From Desulfuromonadales bacterium (GTDB taxonomy: Bacteria > Desulfobacterota > Desulfuromonadia > Desulfuromonadales > BM103), in assembly GCA_030630015.1 (NCBI GenBank), contig DAOVNV010000001.1, forward strand, positions 1 through 46,367: 46,367 bases of DNA. The letters are read 5' to 3'. Under the pieces are notes generated by a model that worked only from the letters and a program-made list of their open reading frames with translations, was not told where the DNA came from and made no database searches. Each line of letters begins with the position of its first letter. The stretch's first letter is position 1. Positions 19,131 through 33,200 of the stretch are shown here, piece after piece. Made by a program: the position numbers and the translations under genes.

Positions 19131-19132
19131 TT

Positions 19133-22625
<3,493 letters not shown>

Positions 22626-22678
22626 AGAGAAACAAGTCGGAAAAGTTTTAGTGGCGAAAATTTCCCAGCTCTCGGATT

Positions 22679-23791
22679 TTAAAGCCGCATTGGCATGACA
22701 ACAGCTAGAAAACCATCATCTTTTTCCGAAAGGAAAAGGCCGGGAGACAAGTTGTCTTTTAAAACCATACGGACCTTTTCATCACTCTGCACTTGGAGAA
22801 TATCCAGCAGGTAGCGGGCATTGAAGCCTATGGAAAGTTCAGGACCCTGATAATCCATATCCAATTCTTCCCGGGCATCCCCAAGTTCGGGGTTGGAAGA
22901 TGAAACCTCGAGAAGTCCTTGCTTTAACAACATTTTTACACCTCTCGATTTTTCACTTGAAAGAATAATCATGCGCCGCAATGCATGTAGAAACGGATCC
23001 ACAGGAATGAATGCTTCCTGTTCATTATTTTTAGGAACCACTCTTTCGTAATCGGGAAACTCTCCGTCAACCAGACGCATAATGATAACTGTCTGATCTT
23101 TTTTTACGACTGCAGTATTATCCATAAAACCAAGTGCCAAGTCTGTTTCACCTTCCTCGGCAAGTTTTTTCAGTTCCAGCAAACCTTTGCGCGGCAGAAT
23201 AACACCCTTGCTCAATTCCTCACTAACAGGCGATTCTATCGGCTTGTTTATCATTGAAAGCCGGTGTCCATCTGTAGCAACCATTCTTAGGGTTCGGTTA
23301 TCATCGATAGCCTGAACAAAAATTCCATTTAAATTGTATTTGCCTTCATCATGTGAAACAGCAAAAAAGGTTTTTTCAATCATTTCCTTGCAGAGCACAC
23401 TGGAAATCTGCAGAAAATTTCCTTCCTCCGGTTGCGGAAAATGTGGAAACTCTTCCGCAGCAAGTCCCACCACATTGAACTGAGCCTTGCCACAATTAAC
23501 TTCAATCCAACAGTTTTCTTTTGCTGTAAAATTAATTTCCCTATCAGGAAGTTCCTTTATAATTTCATACAGTTTTTTAGCTGATACCGTAATTTTGCCT
23601 TTTTTTCGGATGTTGGCTGGGTAGCTTGAACGCATACCGACTTCCAGATCCGTTGCAGTCAAATGAAGTTCACCATCGCCACCTTCAAGAAGGACATTGG
23701 ATAATACCGGTATGGTATTGCGTTTTTCGACAATTCCCTGAATCCGTCCGAGTGCTTTTGAAAACACTTCTTTTCCAATGGTAAAATTCAT
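22679..23791 (-). CDS. dnaN: DNA polymerase III beta sliding clamp
   Basis: 370 aa with the typical N-terminus (MNFTIGKEVFSKALGRIQGIVEKRNTIPVLSNVLLE) and the C-terminal MPMRL. Confidence 0.95.
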   Translation of the reverse strand: MNFTIGKEVFSKALGRIQGIVEKRNTIPVLSNVLLEGGDGELHLTATDLEVGMRSSYPANIRKKGKITVSAKKLYEIIKELPDREINFTAKENCWIEVNCGKAQFNVVGLAAEEFPHFPQPEEGNFLQISSVLCKEMIEKTFFAVSHDEGKYNLNGIFVQAIDDNRTLRMVATDGHRLSMINKPIESPVSEELSKGVILPRKGLLELKKLAEEGETDLALGFMDNTAVVKKDQTVIIMRLVDGEFPDYERVVPKNNEQEAFIPVDPFLHALRRMIILSSEKSRGVKMLLKQGLLEVSSSNPELGDAREELDMDYQGPELSIGFNARYLLDILQVQSDEKVRMVLKDNLSPGLFLSEKDDGFLAVVMPMRL

Positions 23792-24030
23792 GGTCGACTC
23801 CTATACACAGGTACTATTATGTTTTTATTCTTATAAGAATCAAATTAGTAGTAATAGTAGATGCCTGTGAATTTGTTGGTAACTTAATAATTATCTTTAT
23901 ATTCATCCAGTTAGGGTGTGAATACTCTATAGGGAAAGAGTGTGGAAAATTTATTAAAACTTAATTGACGCTCGGTAATATATACTTTTCCAGAGGTTAT
24001 TCACCTATTTTTTCACAGTTGTTTATTTTT
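23792..24030. other. Candidate oriC core (AT-rich tract, DnaA-trios, degenerate DnaA boxes)
   Basis: This is the most AT-rich spacer in the window. It carries TAG TAG TAA TAG TAG at 23846-23860 next to TGTGAATTT/TGTTGGTAA (23866-23882). Further box-like 9-mers lie at 23917, 23941, 23997 and 24009. Confidence 0.5.
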
Positions 24031-25389
24031 CTATCCGGCTATAGATTTTTTTAATGATTCTAGTGTGTTGCGAAGTTGAAAATCTTCTTTCATTAATCTT
24101 TCAATCTTGTTTATTGCATGGATGATTGTCGAGTGATCTTTCCCACCGAATTTTTCCCCTATTTCAGGATAAGAAGCCGATGTTAACTGACGTGCAAGAT
24201 ACATAGCTATCTGCCTGGGGAGAACAATTGCTTTATGACGTCTGGCAGATTTGATATCTGAAATTTTGACATTGAAATGGAGACAGACTTTTTTAAGGAT
24301 TTCTTCGACACTTAATTCTTTATTTTTCTCAACCAGAATGTCCTTGAGAACCTCTTGGGCCATGTCCAGGTTAAGAGGTGTCGAAGTCAAACTGGCATAG
24401 GCGCCAATCCGGATTAGATAACCTTCAAGTTCCCTGACGTTACTGCAAACGGAATTGGCTAAAAATAGTGCGACATCTTCGGGAAGATCAATATGATTCT
24501 GTTCAGCTTTCATTTTTAGAATAGCCTGTTTTGTCTCTATGTCCGGAGGTTGTATGTCGGCAATCAAACCCCATTCAAATCTTGATCTTAACCGATCTTC
24601 AAGTCCGGGAATCTCTTTTGGAAATTTATCTGATGTGACGACGATTTGCTTGTGTGACTCATAAAGAGCATTGAAGGTATGAAAAAATTCTTCCTGAGTT
24701 CTTTCTTTGCCGGCAATAAACTGGATGTCGTCAATCAAAAGAATGTCCATAGAGCGAAACTTGTTGCGAAACTCGTCCATGCGATTGTATCTGATCGAGT
24801 TTATCAGTTCGTTCATGAATTTTTCGGATGTATAATAACACACCCGTGTACCAGGGGCTTTTTTGAGGATGGAATTGCCTATAGCGTTGACAAGGTGAGT
24901 CTTGCCCAGACCGACGCCTCCGTAAATAAAAAGGGGATTGTATGTGGTTGCCGGGTTATTGGCAACGGCAACGGCGGCTGCACAGGCAAACTGGTTAGAG
25001 GAGCCCGATACGAATTCATCAAAGGTATATTTCTGGTTAATATTGATGTCGTTTTGAGGCTCATTTTTAATAATGTTGCCCTGTACGCTGTTAGGCAATG
25101 CACTGGTGTTTTTCAAGGGGTGACTAGGAGGGGGGAGCGTGTCTCTTGCCTGTCCAGAAACATTGATCTGAAGTTTATAAGTGACCGCCGAAAGATCGGT
25201 AAGAACTTTCTGGATCAGTTTGGCATAGTTGTCCTTGACCCAATCGAGGATAAACCGGTTGGGGACTTCCAGAACAATCAGGTTCTGTTCCACCTTGATC
25301 AGTTTAAGGGGTTTTATCCAAGTATTGAAATGTTGTGGATTAAGATTTGATTCGAGTTGAGTGAGTGTGTCCTGCCAAAGTTTATTCAT
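24031..25389 (-). CDS. dnaA: Chromosomal replication initiator protein DnaA
   Basis: AAA+ motifs (GGVGLGKTHL, LLIDDIQF) and the domain IV helix (RHKAIVLPRQIAMYLARQLT). MNKLWQDTLTQLE at ATG 25389 is a typical N-terminus. ATG 25401 and GTG 25446 are alternative starts. Confidence 0.95.
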   Translation of the reverse strand: MNKLWQDTLTQLESNLNPQHFNTWIKPLKLIKVEQNLIVLEVPNRFILDWVKDNYAKLIQKVLTDLSAVTYKLQINVSGQARDTLPPPSHPLKNTSALPNSVQGNIIKNEPQNDININQKYTFDEFVSGSSNQFACAAAVAVANNPATTYNPLFIYGGVGLGKTHLVNAIGNSILKKAPGTRVCYYTSEKFMNELINSIRYNRMDEFRNKFRSMDILLIDDIQFIAGKERTQEEFFHTFNALYESHKQIVVTSDKFPKEIPGLEDRLRSRFEWGLIADIQPPDIETKQAILKMKAEQNHIDLPEDVALFLANSVCSNVRELEGYLIRIGAYASLTSTPLNLDMAQEVLKDILVEKNKELSVEEILKKVCLHFNVKISDIKSARRHKAIVLPRQIAMYLARQLTSASYPEIGEKFGGKDHSTIIHAINKIERLMKEDFQLRNTLESLKKSIAG

Positions 25390-25438
25390 ACTCGAATCCA
25401 TAGCTGTCGCAGCAAGTGAGACAATCGGCGAAGCATAA

Positions 25439-25470
25439 TTATCCACAAGTTTTTTAACAGGTGTGGATAA
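25439..25470. promoter_or_regulatory. Two perfect DnaA boxes in inverted orientation upstream of dnaA
   Basis: TTATCCACA (25439-25447) and TGTGGATAA (25462-25470), separated by 14 bp, lie 50-80 nt upstream of the dnaA ATG. Confidence 0.65.
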
Positions 25471-25703
25471 CTAAAATAATTACCTGTTTTCAAGGAGTTA
25501 TAAAATATATATGGGATTAGATAACTGCTGTTACAAGTTACCAAAGGCCATGTTCTTTTGCAAGTGAAAACTGAGAAAAGGCAAAGGTCTAAAATCACAC
25601 AACCTTTTCATTCTTGACATTGTTGAGTAATTGTGTTTAAAACTGCTTCTTTACAAAAAATTACTCGCATTGCTTTTAATAAAAGAAGGAGTTGAACAGA
25701 ATC

Positions 25704-25853
25704 ATGAAACGGACCTATCAACCAAGCAGGATTCGTCGTAAGCGTACCCACGGTTTTCGCAAAAGGATGCGCACCAATGGCGGCAGCAATATTTTGAAAA
25801 GACGTCGTGCCAAGGGCCGTAAGCAACTGGCCGCAACCATTCCCTCCAAGTAG
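25704..25853 (+). CDS. rpmH: 50S ribosomal protein L34
   Basis: A 49-codon ORF not in the track (<60 aa): [55 protein letters not shown] lies upstream. Confidence 0.9.
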   Translation: MKRTYQPSRIRRKRTHGFRKRMRTNGGSNILKRRRAKGRKQLAATIPSK

Positions 25854-25900
25854 TTTATACGTCTGGACCTTGATCCGGTAAAGAGTGGGCGGCAGGAAGG

Positions 25901-26251
25901 ATGTTTTCCTTTCCACCAGAAAGCCGTTTGCATAACTCCAGCCAATTTTCAGCAGTGTGGCAGGAGGGGTGCAAGTATCATACGGCACACCTGATTCTGA
26001 TTGCCGCCCCCGGCTTGACGCCCAGGACGCGCTTGGGCATAACCGTAAGCCGGAAAGTCGGCAACGCCGTTTGTCGCAATCGTATCAAAAGGTGGACCCG
26101 GGAGTACTTTCGCCGTCACTGTGCGTGTCTGACGCCGCCCATTGATGTCAACGTGGTTGCCAAACGGCATGCCGGTATCCTCTCTCACGATGAACTCGAT
26201 CAGGAACTTCGAAGCGCCTTTGCCCGCCTGGAGGCCGATGGTCATGTTTGA
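25901..26251 (+). CDS. rnpA: Ribonuclease P protein component
   Basis: 116 aa, basic, with [24 protein letters not shown] (the RNR motif region). It follows rpmH. Confidence 0.85.
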   Translation: MFSFPPESRLHNSSQFSAVWQEGCKYHTAHLILIAAPGLTPRTRLGITVSRKVGNAVCRNRIKRWTREYFRRHCACLTPPIDVNVVAKRHAGILSHDELDQELRSAFARLEADGHV

Positions 26252-26489
26252 ACGTGTGGTATTGCTGACGATCAGGTTCTATCAGAGATTCATCTCACCT
26301 GCGACACCGCCAACCTGCCGTTTTTACCCTACGTGTTCCTCTTATACCAGGGATGCTGTTGTACGTTTCGGCCCCTTTCGGGGCCTCTGGATGGGTATGA
26401 AACGCATTGCACGTTGCCATCCCTGGCACCCGGGCGGATACGACCCGGTTGAAGAATTGTCAAACCGGAACGAACTGGAGAACATTTAA
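26244..26489 (+). CDS. yidD: Membrane protein insertion efficiency factor YidD
   Basis: Motifs [19 protein letters not shown] and [12 protein letters not shown]. The start ATG is at 26244 (or 26238) and overlaps the rnpA stop. Confidence 0.85.
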   Translation: MFERVVLLTIRFYQRFISPATPPTCRFYPTCSSYTRDAVVRFGPFRGLWMGMKRIARCHPWHPGGYDPVEELSNRNELENI

Positions 26490-26492
26490 AAG

Positions 26493-28148
26493 ATGAACGA
26501 AAATAAAAACGTTGTCCTTGCCTTGGTGCTTATGCTGGTTGTTTGGATGGGCTTCTCGGTGCTTTTCCCGCCGCAGGAAACATCTCAGCCGGAGCAGCAG
26601 ACAACCCCTATTCAGGAAGCAGTTTCAAAAGATCCAGTTGAAAAGGTCTCTCCGGTTGCGGAGGCAGCGCCTGTCAAGCGTGAATCGGCTATGTCTTTGG
26701 CGACGGCATCTGACGAGGCCGTTCCGCAAGCTCCGGTGGCTCTGAATGCTCCCGCCAGGGAGATCACCGTCGAGACGGCTAAATACAGGGCCACCCTGTC
26801 TTCTTCGGGTGCACGACTGACAGCTTTTGAGCTCAAGGATTACCGGTCGACCGCTGACCCGCAGTCGGCGCTGGTCCAGTTGATCAATTCGGAGTCCCTG
26901 CGCTATGCAACTTTGCGCACCGTTGGCACGGAGGGCTTTTCCCTTCCCTCAGATTCACCATATGAAATAGATTTTCAGAATGATTTCATTGAGTTAGAAG
27001 AAGGAAAGACTCAGGAGCTCCGTTTTAGAAGCGTCACAGCCTCCGGCCTGGAAGTCGTCAAGACGTTTATTTTCAAGGATGGTCATTACTCTATTGATCT
27101 TAGTACATCGATCCGTAATTTGGGTCCGGGTCCTTTGACGGGGGGGCTGGATCTTGCCCTGGTCAAGTACTGGGATGATGATGAGGAGCGTGATGCCTAC
27201 TCCTTCGCCGGGCCTGCTACCCTGGCGGATGACAAGGTCGACGAGGTCAAGGTCAAGAAACTCAAGGACGAGGCGCCGGTCTACGGCAAGGAAGCCGTCT
27301 GGACCTCGATTCAGTCCAAATACTTTATCGATGTCATCGCGCCGCTAGGTGATTCCTTCGAGCAGATCCGCTTGTCGCGCGACAATGACAGGATTCAGAA
27401 TACCATCAAATCCACACTCCTTACCCTGCAGCCAGGTGCAGCGAAGCAACTCGATTACTTCCTGTTTTTCGGACCCAAGGATATTGAGATTCTCAAGGCA
27501 GAGGGCCACAAGCTCGACAAAACAATCGATTTCGGATTTTTTGAAATACTGTCCAAGCCGCTGCTGTATGTCTTGATCTTTTTCTACGGTTTCCTGAAAA
27601 ATTACGGTCTTGCCATCATCCTGCTGACGATTATCATCAAGATCCTGTTCTGGCCCCTGACGCACAAGAGCTATGCGTCGATGAAGGCGATGCAGAAGCT
27701 TCAGCCGGAGATGCAGAAAGTCCGGGAACGTTTCAAGTCCGACAAGGAGCGCCTCAACAAGGAACTGATGGGGCTTTACAAAAAGCACCGTGTCAATCCG
27801 ATGGGCGGTTGCCTGCCGATGCTGGTCCAGATTCCGGTGTTCTTTGCTCTTTATAAGGTTCTGTTGGGTTCTATTGCTCTGCGTCATGCGCCGTTTGCCA
27901 TGTGGCTGACTGACCTGTCTGCCAAAGACCCATACTATATTACGCCGGTTCTGATGGGCATCAGTATGTTTGTCCAGCAGAAACTGACGCCGACGACAGC
28001 CGATCCGATGCAGGCCAAGATTATGACCTTCCTGCCGGTTGTTTTCACCTTTATGTTCCTGAATTTCCCCTCGGGACTGGTTATTTACTGGCTGGTCAAC
28101 AACCTGCTGACGATTGTTCAGCAATACTACATTCACCGCAAGGCCTGA
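26493..28148 (+). CDS. yidC: Membrane protein insertase YidC
   Basis: 551 aa with an N-terminal TM helix, a large periplasmic domain and a C-terminal 60-kDa insertase core (MQKLQPEMQKVRERFKSDKERLNKELMGLYKKHRVNPMGGCLPMLVQIPVFFALY). Confidence 0.9.
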   Translation: MNENKNVVLALVLMLVVWMGFSVLFPPQETSQPEQQTTPIQEAVSKDPVEKVSPVAEAAPVKRESAMSLATASDEAVPQAPVALNAPAREITVETAKYRATLSSSGARLTAFELKDYRSTADPQSALVQLINSESLRYATLRTVGTEGFSLPSDSPYEIDFQNDFIELEEGKTQELRFRSVTASGLEVVKTFIFKDGHYSIDLSTSIRNLGPGPLTGGLDLALVKYWDDDEERDAYSFAGPATLADDKVDEVKVKKLKDEAPVYGKEAVWTSIQSKYFIDVIAPLGDSFEQIRLSRDNDRIQNTIKSTLLTLQPGAAKQLDYFLFFGPKDIEILKAEGHKLDKTIDFGFFEILSKPLLYVLIFFYGFLKNYGLAIILLTIIIKILFWPLTHKSYASMKAMQKLQPEMQKVRERFKSDKERLNKELMGLYKKHRVNPMGGCLPMLVQIPVFFALYKVLLGSIALRHAPFAMWLTDLSAKDPYYITPVLMGISMFVQQKLTPTTADPMQAKIMTFLPVVFTFMFLNFPSGLVIYWLVNNLLTIVQQYYIHRKA

Positions 28149-28250
28149 GCCGTTTCGCGCGTTTCGTGTTGTCTGCTGATTAGGGCTTTTCCGACCGCAC
28201 GACGTGCTTTTCAGGCTGTCTCTGGACCTTTGGCAGGCCGGGGATGACCG

Positions 28251-29621
28251 ATGGTCCCTACCGATACAATTATTGCTCCGGCGACTCCACCCGGTGAGGG
28301 TGGAGTCGCCATCGTGCGCCTTTCCGGCCCGGATGCAGAAAACTGCCTGGCCGGTTTTTTTGTTGGCAAGCGTTCTCCGTCGCAGATGGTTTCGCACCAC
28401 CTCTACCATGGCCGTCTTTGCCGGCCGGACGGTGTGCTTATTGACGAAGTCCTCGTTACCATCATGCGTGCTCCCCGTTCATATACCGGTGAAAATGTTG
28501 TCGAAATCCACTGTCATGGTGGTTCCAGGGTCATGAGCAGTATTCTTGATCTGTTTATGTCCACCCCGGTTCGACTCGCCCGTCCCGGCGAGTTCACCGA
28601 GCGGGCCTTTTTAAATGGCAAGCTCGACCTGGCCCAGGCGGAGGCCGTTGCGGACATCATCCAGGCCAGGTCGGAGCGGGCTTGCCGAGTGGCCCTCGGG
28701 CAGTTGGATGGGCGCTTGTCGCAACTGATTTATCGGTTTGCAGACCAACTGAAGGATATTCTGACACTCGTTGAAGCACATGTTGATTTTCCGGACGATG
28801 AGGTCGGTGCTCTCGACCAGGGGGCGGTTGCGGAGCAACTGTCTGCTCTTTCCGGCGAAATGTCCAGGCTTGCGGACAGTTTCGACACCGGGCGCGCCCT
28901 ACGCGAAGGCATCAGCGTGTTAATCCTTGGCCGCCCCAATGTCGGCAAGAGTTCGCTGATGAATGCCCTGCTCGGTCAATCCCGTGCGATTGTCACCGCC
29001 ATTCCCGGTACGACTCGAGATACGCTGGAAGAGCAGATGGTTCTCGGTGGATTTCCAGTGCGCCTGATCGATGCGGCTGGGGTCCGGTCAACTGACGACC
29101 CCGTTGAGCACGAGGGGGTTCGCCGGGCCAGTGAAAAAGCTAGCGCGGCGGATCTGATTCTGCTGGTCATTGATGGTTCGCAAGAACTGACTGACGAAGA
29201 TCGTATGGCGATGGCCCTTTGCTCTGCACCCAGAACCCTGACTGTGGTCAACAAGGCCGACCTTGCGTCAGCCTTTCCCATGTCGGAGTTCTTGCACTTT
29301 GGTCAGCCGATCGCGATTTCAGCCCGCTCTGGTGATGGCCTGAGTGCACTTCAGGCTGCTATCGTTGACAGGCTTGGCGGAAGCTCTGGGGGAGATGTTG
29401 GAGAAGATGTTGTGATCATGGAGCGGCGTCATCGGGAGGCGCTTATTCAGGCCCTGGCTGCCATGACGCTTGCTGCCGTGGCCATCGACTCAGGCGCCCC
29501 TCTGGAGTGTCTGGCTCTGGAAATTCGTGAAGGCCTGTCCGCGCTTGGGTTGATTACCGGCGAAACGACCCCGGACGAAATCCTTGACCAGATATTCGGC
29601 CGGTTTTGTATTGGTAAATAG
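28251..29621 (+). CDS. mnmE: tRNA modification GTPase MnmE (TrmE)
   Basis: 456 aa with DTIIAPATPPGEGGVAIVRLSG, G-domain motifs GRPNVGKSSL and DAAG, and the C-terminal FCIGK. Confidence 0.9.
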   Translation: MVPTDTIIAPATPPGEGGVAIVRLSGPDAENCLAGFFVGKRSPSQMVSHHLYHGRLCRPDGVLIDEVLVTIMRAPRSYTGENVVEIHCHGGSRVMSSILDLFMSTPVRLARPGEFTERAFLNGKLDLAQAEAVADIIQARSERACRVALGQLDGRLSQLIYRFADQLKDILTLVEAHVDFPDDEVGALDQGAVAEQLSALSGEMSRLADSFDTGRALREGISVLILGRPNVGKSSLMNALLGQSRAIVTAIPGTTRDTLEEQMVLGGFPVRLIDAAGVRSTDDPVEHEGVRRASEKASAADLILLVIDGSQELTDEDRMAMALCSAPRTLTVVNKADLASAFPMSEFLHFGQPIAISARSGDGLSALQAAIVDRLGGSSGGDVGEDVVIMERRHREALIQALAAMTLAAVAIDSGAPLECLALEIREGLSALGLITGETTPDEILDQIFGRFCIGK

Positions 29622-29626
29622 GCGTA

Positions 29627-29642
29627 TGTTTCACGTGAAACA
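29627..29642. promoter_or_regulatory. parS: parS centromere site (perfect palindrome)
   Basis: TGTTTCACGTGAAACA matches the chromosomal parS consensus and is palindromic to 18 bp with flanks (29626-29643). It lies in the mnmE-mnmG spacer, 3.6 kb upstream of parB. Confidence 0.8.
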
Positions 29643-29746
29643 TTACTGTGGTCCGTCAAGTCCGACAGCCTCCTGGGGTGTGGGCTGTGCCGCCACTGGG
29701 TGGCGGTTCTGCCGCCGATCTTCTGGTCAAGAACAAAGGTGTTGTG

Positions 29747-31590
<1,844 letters not shown>

Positions 31591-31591
<1 letters not shown>

Positions 31592-32265
31592 TGGCGACCG
31601 TTGGTGACAGGCTGGCCGCTCTGCTGGCGATGCAGAAGATAGAGCTTTCAGACGGGCAGGTCGCGCAGTTGGTCTGGCTGGTGCAGGAGTTGCTGCGCTG
31701 GAACCGCAGTCGGAACCTGACCGCCATCACACAGCTCGACGAGATACTTGAAAAACACATCATTGATGCGTTGACCTTGCTGCCCTTTGCCAGGTCGTCC
31801 AGGCGGATGCTCGATATCGGTTCGGGCGCGGGCTTTCCGGCTTTGCCACTCAAAGTGGCCTGTCCGCAACTCGAGGTTGTTTCGGTCGATGCCGTGGCGA
31901 AGAAGATCTCGTTTCAAAAGCATGCGGTGCGTTCGCTCGGCCTGGATGGGTTCACCGCGCTGCATGGCCGTGTGGAGGAACTGGGGGCTTCGTCAGCCTT
32001 TGAGGGCGGGTTTGACCTGGTCACCGCGCGTGCCGTGGGGAAACTGACTTTGCTCGCGGAGCTGGCGGCCCCTTGCTTGGCCGCTGGCGGACACTTGGTT
32101 GCGATGAAGGGCCCCGAGGGAACCAACGAACTGGAAGAGTACCGAGCTCAACTGAAGGCGCAGGGCTGGGCGACTCGTCATGAGTTGTTGCAGCTGCCGG
32201 AATCCGGAGCACAGCGCTGCCTGTTGATTTTGACCCGCGAAAGGGGGTTAAAACGCAACATGTAG
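31591..32265 (+). CDS. rsmG: 16S rRNA (guanine527-N7)-methyltransferase RsmG (GidB)
   Basis: SAM-binding motif MLDIGSGAGFPALPLK. The ATG overlaps the mnmG TGA (TGATG). Confidence 0.85.
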
Positions 32266-32434
32266 TGGTCGTATTGATGTGAGTATCTAGATGTGGTGGG
32301 TTGCCCTGGGTGGGCAAAATTCCTTTTCAGAACCGGGTGGTTATGATAGTCTGAGCGACCTTGGCAGCCAGGTCATTGATAGTCCGACCGGTTGCTGGAT
32401 TCAGCAGAACTCAATTCAAGGAGAAAAAGAAGGC

Positions 32435-33199
32435 ATGGCCCAGATCATTGCCATCGCCAATCAGAAGGGCGGGGTTGGAAAAACCACCACTGCCGTTAAC
32501 CTCGCGGCTTCGCTGGCAGCAGCCGAGAAGCGGACCCTGCTCGTCGACCTGGACCCGCAAGCCAATGCGACCAGCGGGGTTGGTGTTGATTCGAGCGGGG
32601 AGGTGCAGACCGTTTATCATGCCCTGCTTGGTGCCGCCTCGGCGGCTTCGGTTTGCCGAACGACGACGCTTGAACAACTGCACCTGCTACCGGCCAACCC
32701 TGACCTGATCGGTGCCGAGGTGGAGTTGATTTCAGCCCTGGCCAGGGAAAATAAGCTCAAGACCGCCCTGAAAGAGGTGGTTGATGATTATGACTATATT
32801 CTGATCGATTGTCCGCCCTCACTCGGCTTGCTGACGATCAACGCGTTAACTGCTGCTGATGCGGTTCTGATCCCTCTGCAGTGCGAGTACTACGCCATGG
32901 AGGGCTTGAGCCAACTGCTGAACACGGTCCGTCTGATCCAGCAAGAGCTGAATCCACAACTGGCAATCCGGGGGATTCTCCTCACCATGTTTGATTCCCG
33001 CAACAATCTTTCCCGCCAGGTCAGTGACGAGATTCGCCAGCATTTTTCTGCACAGGTTTTTCAAACAATTATCCCGCGCAACGTTCGTTTGTCCGAGGCT
33101 CCAAGTCACGGACTGCCCGCACTGCTCTACGACATCTCGTCCAGTGGAGCCACGGCCTACCTCGATCTGGCGCGGGAGATCATTCGTACGGATCACTGA
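32435..33199 (+). CDS. parA: Chromosome partitioning ATPase ParA (Soj)
   Basis: MAQIIAIANQKGGVGKTTTAVNLAASLA deviant Walker A at ATG 32435. AAGGAGAAAAAGAAGG lies upstream. Confidence 0.9.
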   Translation: MAQIIAIANQKGGVGKTTTAVNLAASLAAAEKRTLLVDLDPQANATSGVGVDSSGEVQTVYHALLGAASAASVCRTTTLEQLHLLPANPDLIGAEVELISALARENKLKTALKEVVDDYDYILIDCPPSLGLLTINALTAADAVLIPLQCEYYAMEGLSQLLNTVRLIQQELNPQLAIRGILLTMFDSRNNLSRQVSDEIRQHFSAQVFQTIIPRNVRLSEAPSHGLPALLYDISSSGATAYLDLAREIIRTDH

Positions 33200-33200
33200 T

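Noticed and set aside
25608-25988. 126-aa and 75-aa minus-strand ORFs across the rpmH/rnpA region
   Set aside because: They overlap the unmistakable L34 gene (25704-25853, +) and the rnpA 5' end, and there is no support for antisense coding.
27345-28409. 354-aa minus-strand ORF, and similar long ORFs antisense to known genes (e.g. 998..1756, 10177..10944, 17907..18710, 19613..20314, 24679..25350, 29447..30391, 33180..33869, 33886..34515, 36222..36926, 38631..39713, 40855..41457)
   Set aside because: All lie fully inside well-supported conserved genes on the opposite strand. They have Arg/Gly/Gln-rich, low-complexity translations typical of antisense frames in GC-rich coding DNA, and no motifs.
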